A stretch of 64,000 nucleotides of DNA from Octopus vulgaris (GCA_951406725.2 OX597817.1:176638001-176702000); one strand, 5' to 3'. Positions 38,004 through 52,707 are shown, numbered from the stretch's first letter. Made by a program: numbers and translations. The notes: generated from the letters alone by a model not told the origin.

Positions 38004-41000
38004 TACATGTGAGTTCTCTAGACATCCTATTGGTTGAGGCTATACTCATGAAGTAGATAATTAAGTAACATAAACAGATTTCCAAAGTTCATTAAAGTTC
38101 TTTAAAGATGATGTACAGTCTTATCACAGAATTTAAAAAAGTTTTAACAGCATCACAGAGAAGGTGACCTAATCCATAGTGCACATATGAATTTCCAGAG
38201 ATATGATGAGGGATTACATACTCACAGACGACAAATTTATCCATTGTTAATCACAACGAGGTGGGTCTCAATTCCTGCTTATTAGCATTACAGAGAGGGT
38301 GAATTAATCCTTTGTATAGATGCACAATTTCCAATGGTGTAGATGTAAATTTCCAGAGAAATGAAGAGGAATTTCATATTCACAGGCGATAAATTTATCA
38401 ATGGTTGAACACAATTAGGTAGGTATCAATTCTTGTTATATGATTAGGTATTTGCCATATTAATCACATTACTGCTATTTACAAGAGGCTGTAGCTATTT
38501 AACTTTTAAAGGCTGAAGGGCTTTCTAGAGAGGCAAAGAATAGAAAAGGGGAGGGAATAGAAGAAAAGAGAGAAGATAAAGGAGGAGGGAGCAAAAAAAG
38601 GGGGGGAGAGGGACTAAAAGAGAAGAGAAAAGGAAAAAGAGAATAGGAAGAAGAAAAAGAAAAAGAGAAAAGAGAAAGAAATAGAGAAAGAAGGGAAAAA
38701 AGAAAAAGAAAAAGAAAAAAGAGGGTTCTAGTTATACAGAAGAATTAGCAGACGGCAAGTCTGGTTTTAATTTACAGGCATCTAGGAACTAGAGGAGAAT
38801 ATTATTCTTTGACCAGTAAAACAGCTAATTTATTGCTGTTGAAATCAGCTGTGAATTTAAAGAGAATCTAAAGAGATAACACAGTCAGGGGTTTAGGGGT
38901 CAGATGCTAAAATCAAAAGAAAATACATTAGGAAAATCTAAGTATAATCTTATCAAAAAGTAATTAAAGTTTATTTATTTAATTTATTCATTATATTGTC
39001 TTAAGGAGTTGCCTTTATTATTCATACATTGACGGACTACAGGTCAAATCTTAGAAGATCATTTACAAGGTGTTAGGGGATTGTCTATCATAATGAAGAT
39101 AATCATATTATCACCGAGGGAGTAGCCTTATTTATTTAATTTTGAAATAGAATTATGGGGCTATAGTAACTCATTTTATTTTATTAGAGTTATGCTACTT
39201 AAATTAGATTAAGTTAGGAATTAAAATTAGAAATTACAATTAAGATTTAAAATTAAGACTTTAAAATTATGAGTTTGAAATTAAATAAAGCCTCAATTAA
39301 GCAGCGTATAAGTACTATTCATTTCCCTGTTCTCAAAAAAAACTGATGGAGATATAAGGAAAAAGATAACTGTAGTGTGAGAACTCTTAGTTATCTACTT
39401 AAAGCAGTGTTATACTAGTAGAAATCAAGTTATATCTATCTATCTAGTTACGAATATTCTAATCATTTAAAATATTTTAAAGTCTTCAATTTAGCGTGGA
39501 CACAAACTTGACCTAGTTCGATATGGTTATTCAATAAGTTTCTATGTTTTCTATGCTTTAGAATTTCATACGTCTCCATGGAGCATAGTTGGCAACTAAC
39601 CCTACTATTTTTGTACGGAATTGCTCTCCTAACTATTTCCCAATTAAGGTTATAATTATTATTATTATTTTTGAGTTCCCAGATTTTGTTTGAAAGTGTG
39701 GTGGTACCAGCTTTATGACGTAATTTAAAAGACGAGATGTGATTTCTAACTCTAGAAAGAAAATTAATTGTACATCCAATATAAAAATATTTGTTATTCT
39801 CCGTGGATATGGTACATTTATAGATTACATTATTTTCCCCATATAGACCAGGTGCCGGGCATTTTGATTTTATTCTACACTTACACACAGGAGGAACAAC
39901 TTCAGGCTTTGGATTATTCTTGGGTAGATGTCTTAGGTTCCTATTACTTTGATTATCATTTCTATAGTTAGTTCTGATATCTAAAGTATTGCTATTATTT
40001 ATTGATCCTTCTGTTTCATCATTTAGGTCTAAAGTCCTACCATGATTTCTTATATTATTGGTAATGTTACTATTATTGTTGTTAGTCTTTTTATCCGACT
40101 GCATATTGTTGTTATAGATATCACTGATATTTTCATTCTCCTTATTTTCTCCATTAGCCTTATTTCTATTATTTCTATTATTAACATTATTACTTCTATT
40201 AATATCGGCATTGTTATTATTACTATTAATGTTAATGTTATTAGTCATTCTGTGGTTACTTATTTCACCTATGTTTTGATAGTTACTATTGCTGTTTTTA
40301 TTGTTGGTAGTATTATTATAATTGCTATTGGTATTCATGCTGATATTATTATTTTTATTTCTATCTTTCCTGGCTAGTTTAATGTTGTTATTATTAATCT
40401 TAGCTATTAAAGTGGACATATTTGGGAGGGTTGAATAAGAAATCCTAACTGTTTTCCTAGAAATAATTCTATGATATCTATGAGAGATAGGGAAATTTTT
40501 TTCCAGAATTGCTTTGAATTTGTTCTGTATATCCGATTGTATCGCACAGTTGAAAGGAATATTCAGCCATAATATATCTTTTTTATTAAATTTAGGGTTA
40601 TTAGAATTACTACTATTCATCTCACCGGAGTTATTGTATTTATTACCATTATTTTTATTTTTATTTGTGTGCATCTTAGGTTTATCTACTTCGATATTAT
40701 CCGATTTACCTATTTTCTGGTCAATGCTTCTATTTGAATTGTTGGGCCTGTACGCTAGATTAGCGTTTACCGTTAATTTAATTCTACTTTTATTTCGGGC
40801 TTGGTCTGTATTGCTGCTTACGTGATTACTGATAACTTCATTATTAGGAATACATGAGTTCCCCTTATCAACGAATGTAATCTTTTGGTTGTATCCAGCC
40901 TTGGTTAACGCCGCATTATAATGCTCAGAATGGGAGTTAAATATATCCTTATTGGATGATAATTTTGAAATTCTTAATGAAATATTTCTTACTAAAGATT

Positions 41001-42511
41001 CTATTATATTTGGGGGATGATTTGATAATTTATTTACGTAATTCGTGATTTCGCCTTCCTTTCTAAATGGGTAATGTAGCTTGGAGTTCAGGTCTAGCGT
41101 AATATCTAGGAAGTTAACTATTTTAGTGCCCGGTTCATACGTTATACTGAGGTTGAAATCCTTAAAGAACTTATTAATTTTCTTTCTAATCCTTTCTATA
41201 ACAGATTTATTATTACTAGGGATAACAAACAGAGCATCATCCCTATATAGACCCCCCTGTATTTCTGGGATGTCCTTGCTTATGCATTTTAATAGATATG
41301 CGCCTACTAGGTTGGTTACCTCAGCCGAATCACTGGAACCCATTGGTATATCAAAAAAATTAGGTGTATCTGCTCTAGTCCATAATTTATCTTCAAATTC
41401 TATAAATGTCTTCCTAGCTAGTAGCACAATATTGATTTCTTCTCTAGATATGAGGGAGCGATTCATGGCAAATATTAGTGATTTGTTGAGTAAGATAGGG
41501 GAAATACTAGAGTAATAACTATTAATATCGAACTGAATAAAGGACAGACTACTAGTATTATTTAGAGAGTTAAACCATTTTAGAACTTCGTCCGTACTTA
41601 GCCATAGGTTTAAGGGGAGAAGGGGGTTATTTGGGGTAGAACAGTATCCAGGATAGATTTACTAAGTCGGCCAATGTCCGACTTAGTTGGACAGATCAGC
41701 CTTACCGAAGGGTTTTCCAAGAAGTTCTTTTTGTGGTCTTTAAGGTTGATCCTGGGCTCACACGGTTTAAGTGGCTCCGTTCTATCCGTTAAATTTAGGT
41801 TCTCCATGATCTCTTTCATTTCCATGTTTACTTTTTTCAGATTGTTCTTAGTCGTAATTTTATATTTGGAGTTTAGTTCCTTCCTAATTAATTTGCTATA
41901 AATATCGTAATCAACTCTATACATATTACCCGTTTTATCTGCTGGTACTAGGATTCCATGTTTGCACCGGGTTGACTGAATAAAGTTCCTAAGGCGTCTA
42001 AGGTGAGGGTTATACCTTAACGGGTGTTCCTTGAAGCTAATATCATCTATAAGATTCAGCAAGTCTTTCTCAAAGTTCTCCAGGAATGGGTTCTGAGGTG
42101 GGCTTTTTCTGCTTTTAAAGATTCTACTAAAATTCTTTTCGGTATTATTTTCCTGTGGTTTCTTCTTCTGTTTGACATCAAAATGGTACGTTTTCCACCT
42201 GATACTCCTAATGAAATCGTTAATCCTATGAATGAGAAGCCAATTATATTCATCTATACTATGTAAGGGGATGTCTTTAGGGGAGAACTCAATGTTTACT
42301 TTTTCCATTCTTGTTGAGAAATTAAGTACCAGAAAAACATACAGACTGTATGGGAATATATTCAAAAAGCAATAAAGATTCAAGTTAATTTAAATGAATT
42401 TACTTGAATAAGGTACCCAACTTAGATGCACCAAAACAAACTATACTGTTTTAACAATACAGTAATGTGGGGTGATTATAAGCGAGAAAGAAGCAACAAG
42501 AATGGATAGGT

Positions 42512-42602
42512 TTTTAGTACAATCGTTTCATACAAGGACAGGCTTTATTAAAAGTTGCAAAAATTACAGCATATAAACGTGTCCTGTACTCATCAGCTAA
42601 AA
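42512..42602 (-). ncRNA. Type I hammerhead ribozyme (upstream pLTR)
   Basis: Identical to 37913-38003. Confidence 0.85.
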
Positions 42603-43872
42603 TACATGTGAGTTCTCTAGACATCCTATTGGTTGAGGCTATACTCATGAAGTAGATAATTAAGTAACATAAACAGATTTCCAAAGTTCATTAAAGTTCT
42701 TTAAAGATGATGTACAGTCTTATCACAGAATTTAAAAAAAGTTTTAACAGCATCACAGAGAAGGTGACCTAATCCATAGTGCACATATGAATTTCCAGAG
42801 ATATGATGAGGGATTACATACTCACAGACGACAAATTTATCCATTGTTAATCACAACGAGGTGGGTCTCAATTCCTGCTTATTAGCATTACAGAGAGGGT
42901 GAATTAATCCTTTGTATAGATGCACAATTTCCAATGGTGTAGATGTAAATTTCCAGAGAAATGAAGAGGAATTTCATATTCACAGGCGATAAATTTATCA
43001 ATGGTTGAACACAATTAGGTAGGTATCAATTCTTGTTATATGATTAGGTATTTGCCATATTAATCACATTACTGCTATTTACAAGAGGCTGTAGCTATTT
43101 AACTTTTAAAGGCTGAAGGGCTTTCTAGAGAGGCAAAGAATAGAAAAGGGGAGGGAATAGAAGAAAAGAGAGAAGATAAAGGAGGAGGGAGCAAAAAAGG
43201 GGGGGGAGAGGGACTAAAAGAGAAGAGAAAAGGAAAAAGAGAATAGGAAGAAGAAAAAGAAAAAAGAGATAAGAGAAAGAAATAGGGAAAGAAGGGAAAA
43301 AAGAAAAAAGAAAAAGAAAAAAGAGGGTTCTAGTTATACAGAAGAATTAGCAGACGGCAAGTCTGGTTTTAATTTACAGGCATCTAGGAACTAGAGGAGA
43401 ATATTATTCTTTGACCAGTAAAACAGCTAATTTATTGCTGTTGAAATCAGCTGTGAATTTAAAGAGAATCTAAAGAGATAACACAGTCAGGGGTTTAGGG
43501 GTCAGATGCTAAAATCAAAAGAAAATACATTAGGAAAATCTAAGTATAATCTTATCAAAAAGTAATTAAAGTTTATTTATTTAATTTATTCATTATATTG
43601 TCTTAAGGAGTTGCCTTTATTATTCATACATTGACGGACTACAGGTCAAATCTTAGAAGATCATTTACAAGGTGTTAGGGGAAATTCATATGTGCACTAT
43701 GGATTAGGTCACCTTCTCTGTGATGCTGTTAAAACTTTTTAAAATTCTGTGATAAGACTGTACATCATCTTTAAAGAACTTTAATGAACTTTGGAAATCT
43801 GTTTATGTTACTTAATTATCTACTTCATGAGTATAGCCTCAACCAATAGGATGTCTAGAGAACTCACATGTA

Positions 43873-43963
43873 TTTTAGCTGATGAGTACAGGACACGTTT
43901 ATATGCTGTAATTTTTGCAACTTTTAATAAAGCCTGTCCTTGTATGAAACGATTGTACTAAAA
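43873..43963 (+). ncRNA. Type I hammerhead ribozyme (inverted pLTR)
   Basis: ttttag CTGATGA gtacaggac...gtccttgtat GAAA cgattg TA ctaaaa. Confidence 0.85.
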
Positions 43964-44106
43964 ACCTATCCATTCTTGTTGCTTCTTTCTCGCTTATAAT
44001 CACCCCACATTACTGTATTGTTAAAACAGTATAGTTTGTTTTGGTGCATCTAAGTTAGGTACCTTATTCAAGTAAATTCATTTAAATTAAATTGAATATT
44101 TATTGC

Positions 44107-44155
<49 letters not shown>

Positions 44156-44260
44156 TCATATATACATTCATACATACATATATATATATATACATATATA
44201 TATATATGTATGAATGTATATATGTATGTATATATATATGTATATATATATATATACATA

Positions 44261-44378
44261 TATCACGTGATCACGTGACGGACAAGGCAACCAGATGCTG
44301 CTACACATCGCTGGTCACAATTCACTTCGCTTAGTTTTAGCCTCCAAATGACGCCACCCCGCTGGCTAAGCGAGCAGG

Positions 44379-44426
<48 letters not shown>

Positions 44427-44706
44427 AAGACATACATATATGTATCTGAATATAATACATGCATACATACTAAGAGCCAACGTTACGACAGAAAACTTCG
44501 CCACTCATAAGAGGAAGAATTAGTTGTGGAACGTCCCAGTGATAATAATTGTGGTAATCAGATGACCATCGGGTGTTAACATAAACCTCAAGATCAGCGA
44601 AAAACAAAATACCTACACTGTACATTTAAGAAACCTAGTCATGCATACGTATATAATACATACATATATAATACACACACGTACATACATATATATGATC
44701 TAAGTT

Positions 44707-44708
<2 letters not shown>
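44261..44708 (-). repeat. Inverted duplication of flank 37389-37855
   Basis: Reverse-complement match with a few substitutions; not present in unit copy 3. Confidence 0.9.
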
Positions 44709-44783
<75 letters not shown>

Positions 44784-44796
44784 ATATGTATATATG

Positions 44797-44829
<33 letters not shown>

Positions 44830-44939
44830 GTGTATGTATGTATGTATGTTTGCCATTTCAATGGACTGAAGCAACGTGAAATAAAGTGTCTTGCTCAAGG
44901 ACGCAACGCTCGCTGTTATCACAGTACTTTTTAGGAGAA

Positions 44940-45470
44940 GTGCGTTCTGATGTAAAACCTGCTATTTCACATAATCATTGTTCATCTAGATTCGGTCTGC
45001 CACTAGGTTCTAGTCACAGAGTCTCAGAGTAGTACTCGTGTTGTACAACTGTCTATCACTACATTCCAATGACGCACAGATATCTCATTAACATGAACAC
45101 ATTTGTCATTTAATTTATTGAAGCTCCAAAGGCTGTGAGCTGGCAGAAACGTTAACACGCCGGGCTAAATGCTTAGCGTTATTGCGTCTGTCCTTGCGTT
45201 CTGAGTTCAAATTTGGCCGAGGACGACTTTGCTTTAACCCTTTCGGGGTAGATTAAATAAGTACCAGTTGCGCACTGGGGTCGATGTAATCGATTTGATC
45301 CTTCTCTCTGTCCATGTTTGTCTCCACTGTGTTTAGCCCCGTGTGGGTAGTAAAGAAATAGGTATTTCGTCTGTCTTTGCGTTCTGAGTTCAAATTACGC
45401 CGAGGTTGACTTTGCCTTTCATCCTTTCAGGGTCGATATATTAAGCACCAGTTGCGTACTGGGGTCGAGC
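44940..45470 (+). other. Conserved element V2 (copy 2) followed by a Nin-like SINE
   Basis: Near-identical to 13690-14225. Confidence 0.6.
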
Positions 45471-45706
45471 TACCTATCTATATCTGCCCTCTCCCAGGCG
45501 TCTGTACTTCAGTGGCAAGGACCTGGTATTTTGACAGGAGGATATCCAGTTTTGTTTCGAAGGCACTTAAACCCACCCCATGTTTGCCTCTCATGTAATA
45601 ATATGACCCGATACCCTTTTTTTTTTACTGTTTTGCTATTTGCTATATTATACGTAAACTTACCTCATACATACATACATACATACATTCATATATATAT
45701 ATATAT

Positions 45707-45746
<40 letters not shown>

Positions 45747-47303
45747 GTGTGTGTGTGTGTTTGTGTGTATTATATATGTATGTATGCATATATATATAAA
45801 TATATCAATAAATATATACGTATTCAATGCATATTTGTATAAGCATACATACAATACACACGCACATACAGAAACACACACACATACACAAACAGACACA
45901 CACATACACAAACAAACACACACACACACACATATATATATATACACACATACATATGTATACATATATGACTATGTGTATGTATGTATGTATACAACCA
46001 GTTTTCTTTTATTTAAATTTCCAAGAAACGTTCCTCTCTTAAAAAGTCTTTTCATATAACCGTGTTAAGTCAAGTGCATCTGAAATTTGAAAGGCTAATT
46101 TCAATACTTACAAATATGTCCCACACCCATCCAAGTATTGAAACTGGCTATTGTGTTAGAAAATTTGAATTCAGTAGATCACACAAAGATATACATATGT
46201 ACCCTCAGGCACACATACACATGTCTCCTGGGTGAGTGTGACCCAGATCGTAGTGTTATGACAGACTTAGAATATTGGGGAGAAAAGGAGGAATGATGTA
46301 TCTCTTTTTGTAGGATTTCAAATACATAGCATTCTAGCTGTGATGTAATGTATATACGGGTTCGATTGAGGTTAGTATTCCTGTCACTCTCTAGTTCTTG
46401 TGACCCTTATTCTTGAACCAGACGGATCACAGAGCTGAGAAACAACATGTATATTATCTAAATAAACAAGGAATTGGGCAGAATATTTCTGCTCTTGTCT
46501 CACTGAGAAGACAGCATCAGTTGTATTTATTCTCACCATAAAAACAAAAATCACGTCTACATTAATTTTCTCTTTCTAAGCAAATGAGATGTAATTCTTT
46601 TTGTAACCTTCATAACTTGCCCCAACAGTTTAACACCTCAAGCATTCTTCCTTTAATACGTTACCTTTGCCTTTTATAGCAGTTGAAAATGGTATTACCA
46701 CATCAGTCACTGGGTATAAGAATCTCCTATTCAAGTTGATTTACTTAGGGGCTGACTAACACGCATCCCACTCTCATGAGTATTTCGTATCAGATACCTT
46801 CACTACCTTCATATCTTTAATCGCATTCTCCACTATACGCCTGTAAATTTGGATGGATGGCCCCCTCAACTGGGTTTACTTCCGATACACTCTTTATCCC
46901 CCTTCTATTCATTACATCCAACAAATTCTCATTATAACACGTCTGCTTTTCTTTCTTTACATTTCATGAATAACAAGAGTATGATTATTATTCCGTACAG
47001 AATCTTCATCAATAATGTCTTTCATTTCTCTCCCAAACAATCTTGCCATTCAGAATATGCCACACTTCTGATGTCTTAAAACAATGATAAACTTCTTACT
47101 CTGCTCATCTTCCTTTCTTTGATATAAATGTTGCGTTGTTTATTTTCTTGCAACTTGGTGTTGCTTTTTGTGGTCCCCTTTTGCCAATATTTCCAAGCCG
47201 GTCCCTAACTTATGTGGCCCTTTCTATGCAGCTATTCCGCTACATATATAAATTACATATGTATATGTGTTTGTGCGTGTTTGTATACATATATATACAC
47301 ATA

Positions 47304-47794
47304 TATACAGGACAGTGCTTATAGCACCAGGAAGACATCTCCTCCAGTTGGCTAATGACACACTCTGTGTCCGATTAGTATTTGCAAGGGGGTTCATCGC
47401 TCCCATGTCTAACCTTACGTCATACACACTGATGCAAGTTTCTGGGTGATTACCTCCCCTCCCACCGAGCATGTATTAATCACTAGCAAGTGATGAAAGT
47501 TCATTCCACTCGCAAATTAATATATACCTTTCTAGCGACTCACAGTCGCTAATCTCATAAAAGAGAGAGATATGTTATTTTAAATTTAATATAACATATA
47601 CAGATTTAATATAACATATCTCTCTCTTTTACGAGATCATCGACAGTGAGTTGCTAGAAAAGTATATAGTGATTTGGCTTCAGATGGGAGTGATGGCCTC
47701 CTTCGCATATTCTAATCGGGCACAGAATGTGTGTCGTTATTCAGCTGGAGATGTCTTTCTGGGGCTATAAAGAACAGTAGCACTGTCCTGTATA
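47304..47794 (+). other. ~490-nt fold-back element (MITE-like; candidate long hairpin RNA), copy A
   Basis: TA-CAGGACAGTGCT...AGCACTGTCCTG-TA termini; arms complementary over most of the length. Confidence 0.75.
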
Positions 47795-47892
47795 GCACGC
47801 CACATTCAGTTGGCAAATATAGTTTACAATTCCGTACTGCTACTGTTTATATGTCTCTCATAAATTTTATATAAGATATGTATGCATGCATG

Positions 47893-47981
<89 letters not shown>

Positions 47982-49609
47982 ATTTATGTATGTACTTGGT
48001 AAGGTGGACACCCTTCGTTTAACTCCCTGCAGGTCGAAAAGCAAACTATTTCAAAGGCCGGGTGATCACAGGAGAATCAACAGCCCTCCAATGGCTGGGA
48101 GTGCGATATAACTGCTTTTGTTGTGACATCTCTCTTTTGTAATACTTATGATGTAGAATAGTTGTTTGTTTGGCAGGAATGTATTGGCTGTTTGGGGAGG
48201 GAGTCGGAATTGCCATGTGCAAAGGTCCTCTCCTAATTTTCCTCAGACGCAGCCAAAACGCACAGCCTTCGAACGACAAGGCACATAGCCTGCGATCGGC
48301 AAAACACAAAGTTGAAAATTTCATGAGAGAACAAAGGTATGAGTCAGGGAAGATGGTAAGTCTCTCAAAAACTGCAGCAGGAAGTCTCCTTCGTTAGTAT
48401 GTCTTTGATTGCGCAAAAGTGTTTAGATCCCTAACAGGACTAAAAAATACACGTCCCTGCTTCGTTGAGTAAACAAATGTGGCATATTTCGGAATCAAGT
48501 TGCAACCATAACATGTGTGTGTTTGTTTATGTGTCATTGTATGCCTTTCTGTTTGGGTGTATGTGTGTGTTTTTAGAGGACATGAATTACGTATTTAATT
48601 TTATTAAGCTCACTGCAGTTTCTAGTAGTTACAGTGCATGCAGAGATGAGTGCTTGGGAATAACCTTATAGTTTCTTCGAAGCTTCTAAAACGATATATA
48701 AATATGCATATATGTGTTTGCTTAAGATTGTTTGAATGCGTCTGTGTGTATGCAGTGGGGACCCAAGATCTTTTTTGTTTCCAAAAAATTACTATGTTAG
48801 TCGGGAATCGCAATTTGTAACAAATGGACACATTTTCATGTATTCTATGTTGTAGCTGACCAGAAACATATAAAACAGTTTTGCTCTGAAAAATCTTGGT
48901 CGGGGCAATTTTTTGGTGTCGGATGTGCCAGAAAGGGTGTTACCCGGGCAACTAGGGCAACACCCCTGCCTCAACCACTGGTATCTATGTAGACATGTAA
49001 GCTTGTTGCATTTATATGTGGATGGATGGACGTATGTATGCAGGTAAGCTTGATGTATGTATGTATGTATGTATGTATGTATGTATGTATGTATGTATGT
49101 ATGTATGTATGTATGTATGTATATATGTATGTATGTGTGTATGTATGTATGCATGTATGTATGTAAGTATTATGAATGTGTACGCGTGTGTGATTTATTG
49201 TGTCATCACTATACAAAAAGGTAAACAATGCTAATTTCTTACAGAGAGAAAGTTGCGTAGAAATATTTTGAGAAGAGGATTGTTGACTATTTTAGGACCA
49301 AAGCTTTGTTGTTTACTTCACTTGACTTAACATTTAGAACATACTTAAACAACCAGCCACTGTCTTGTGTGTCCCGACTACTACAATGTATCAGAATTTT
49401 AATGCAATGACATCGACGCAGTACTGCAATGTGGTGGTAAACAATCATCATCATCATCATCATCAACCTCAGCTTTATATTATATATACGTATAAGTATA
49501 TTATACATACATATGTATATGTGGGCGTATATATATATATATATATTAATAAATATAAAGGTAGCAAAAAATTCTAGAAAAAAATCTCCGCTACCAGCGG
49601 TTAAATATG

Positions 49610-49685
<76 letters not shown>

Positions 49686-49694
49686 TTATATTTA

Positions 49695-49909
49695 TATCAC
49701 TTCAGTTGATCACTTGACCGACCAGTCCGTCAGGCGTCCACTTGACATCGCTGGTCACAGCAGGCTGTTAATTCCTCTTTGGATCGCGCCTTTCTCATCC
49801 ACGTGATCCCAATCGCCATCCTGAAATCGTAACTCCACCGTCGTGAAGGTCTTCCGGGTGGTCTTTTCCGCTCGCGCGGGTACCACTCGGCAACTGCATG
49901 GGTCTACTG

Positions 49910-49910
<1 letters not shown>
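49695..49910 (-). mobile_element. 3' end of an RTE-clade LINE
   Basis: Minus frame [22 protein letters not shown]...W then stop and short tail. Confidence 0.75.
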
Positions 49911-49973
<63 letters not shown>

Positions 49974-50058
49974 CATATATACATATAGACATACAGATAG
50001 ATAGATAAATAGATAGATATATAAGATAGATAGATAAGATAGGTATATATAAAGATAA

Positions 50059-50105
<47 letters not shown>

Positions 50106-50138
50106 TAGCTATATAGATCGATAAATAGATAGATAGAT

Positions 50139-50205
<67 letters not shown>

Positions 50206-52056
50206 GACTTACATAGATAGATAGATAGATAGATAGAGTGATAGACAGATAGATATAATATATGTGTGTGTCCGTGTAATTAAGTGCATAGAAATAAATT
50301 TGCTAGCTATATGCTGAGAAAAAGATTTTGATGACGATCGTAACGAATATGATGAGCTGGAGGGGGATTGTGAAGATTATCATGATCAAGATGATGATCA
50401 TTTGAATGAGGAAGATGAGCTATAAATTTTCCAGTGGAGTTGTTAAATGAACAAAATCCACGTGAATTCCACCTCATATTCTGGTGATGAACGTTTGGAG
50501 TATTATAATGTGAGAACGAAACCTCAGACCCCTTCTCAAATTAAGTTCGGTTCTCCAAAATATCCGTTTGAACATTAGAATGAAAATTAAGAACTGGGTC
50601 TGGTAAGCCTAATGTGGTACAACTAACAACATGCAATCACAATATCAAATCTATTACCTGTATGAATTGTTAAAGGAAATTTTAAAGTAGCTTCGTTAAA
50701 AGTTTTCAATGAATGTACTTTCAATCAGCTGATACAGTTCTACAGGGTATTTAAGCGCGTCAACTGCATATAGCTATGCATAGCTTCGCCTCAGTTAAGA
50801 TTGGCGAAACATCAATACCTGCAGATTCTTCTAGACATCTCATTCACTTACCATCATAACTACGTAAAGTATATTTTTCTGCTGCCTTCGATAATGTTTC
50901 AAATACTTCACCTTTTCGATTCCCAGTTGGTAAATTTAAGGCTCTTCGAATATATAATAGTAATGGAGGAAGATAAAATCTATCAGGCGAAGTTAGCTAT
51001 AGTAAATATAGCCTCATATGCAGGTAACAATGATGAAATTTTATAAAGAGCCTCAAGTGTAACAGTAGGAGATAGGGAAACCAAAAGACCAAAGGGGTTA
51101 AAGACCTTTTAAAAAAACGAAGTAAGATTATCTGACTGGCAAGAGAAGGCTTTGCACGGTAGATTTACAAAGATAATCTCAGAAGAAAATAATAATGAGA
51201 CAGCTGTGGATTCACAAAGCAAGACTGAAAAGGGAAACAAAAGTGTTGCTAGTAATAACACAAGGTTTGATATTGAGGACTATTTGGATAAAAGCCAGGA
51301 TAGAAGAAAATCAGGCAGATTAACAAAGCAGGTTAAGTAAATCAAAGGGTAAAGAACTACTCATGATAAGTTGTGTAGAATAATCCAGAGGAAGTTATGT
51401 AGATAGCTAGAAATTGACCATACAGATAAGTGTTATAAATATGAATCTAGTAAAGTGCTAGAAAATAAGAAAAAATATAAGACATAGTGGGATTTTATTA
51501 TTCAGGCCGAGAGATTAATAGAAGCTACAAAGCCTCATTTGGAAGTAGTAGCCTAAGAGAAAGGAGAGTGTCAGGTAATTGACTTTAAAATCCCAAATGA
51601 TGAGAAAATCAATATGGAAACTATACAGAAAATAGCAAAGTACCAGGGTCTAGCCATTCAGTTATAGAGGCTAGGAAATGTGTGGATAAAATGTATCCCT
51701 GTATCTATAAGTGCATTATGAATTATCCCTAAGGGCTTCACAAAGAAATAGAAAAACTAGGCGTAAAACCTACTTTAGTACAGCTCCAGGAAACCGTGTT
51801 ATTAGGGACAGCTAGGATACTTAGGAAGGTTTTTCGCATATAAGGTTACTTGCTGTAGCCCGATGTTAGGAACTTTTCTTGTTCCAGTCTAATCTGTTGT
51901 GCGTAGAGGAAATAATAATCCTTACTTGTAAATACAAATGGGCTGTTTTTTTTCCTAATTTTGGTGGTGGGGACTAGATGATTACATCGACTCCGATGTA
52001 ATTTATCAACCCCGAAAGGATCAAATATAAAATCGATTACGCCGCTCTAATATTAA

Positions 52057-52145
<89 letters not shown>

Positions 52146-52147
<2 letters not shown>

Positions 52148-52453
52148 TCCAGAAAACCCAAAAATGGCAGAAATTCAAAAGATAGTGCTCATGGGAACTG
52201 CTTATATCCTACGCAAAATACTTTCTATGTAATCTCAAGGTTTAAAACAAACATAATTTCCAGTTTTAAAAAGAAAAAAAAAAGAAAAAAATTTTTTTTT
52301 AGACATTCATTAGTACAACACCAAAAAACTTCCCCCCAAATATATGGCACACTAGACATAACAACAACATGAACTTCCAACCTGTTGTCTCTTGAGGTCT
52401 CTGGGTGAGACTTGGAGCCAACTTGTACAAATATAAAGCAAAAGTCAAACATA

Positions 52454-52455
<2 letters not shown>
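52146..52455 (+). mobile_element. 3' tip of another R4/Dong-like family
   Basis: EIQKIVLMGTAYILRKILSM* plus a distinct 3' UTR, between (AAT)n arrays. Confidence 0.75.
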
Positions 52456-52495
<40 letters not shown>

Positions 52496-52548
52496 TGATA
52501 ATAATAATAATAATAATGATGATGATAATAATAATAATGATGATGATG

Positions 52549-52612
<64 letters not shown>

Positions 52613-52634
52613 TGATGATAATAATAATAATAAT

Positions 52635-52707
<73 letters not shown>

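Larger units (their letters stand above)
37883..44110 (-). mobile_element. Complete Penelope-like element with direct pseudo-LTRs plus an inverted partial pLTR
   Basis: 37883-39080 repeats at 42482-43681 (offset ~4599); 43682-44110 is inverted; ORF 42308 to 39463 has RT (LKDHK, FDI..YY, MGS, YRDD, FLD) and C-terminal GIY-YIG (VIYKC..YIG); one frameshift ~41620. Confidence 0.92.

Noticed and set aside
42346-42403. Possible GT-AG intron upstream of the PLE ORF (minus strand)
   Set aside because: PLEs can retain introns, but these signals are weak in AT-rich DNA and need transcript data.
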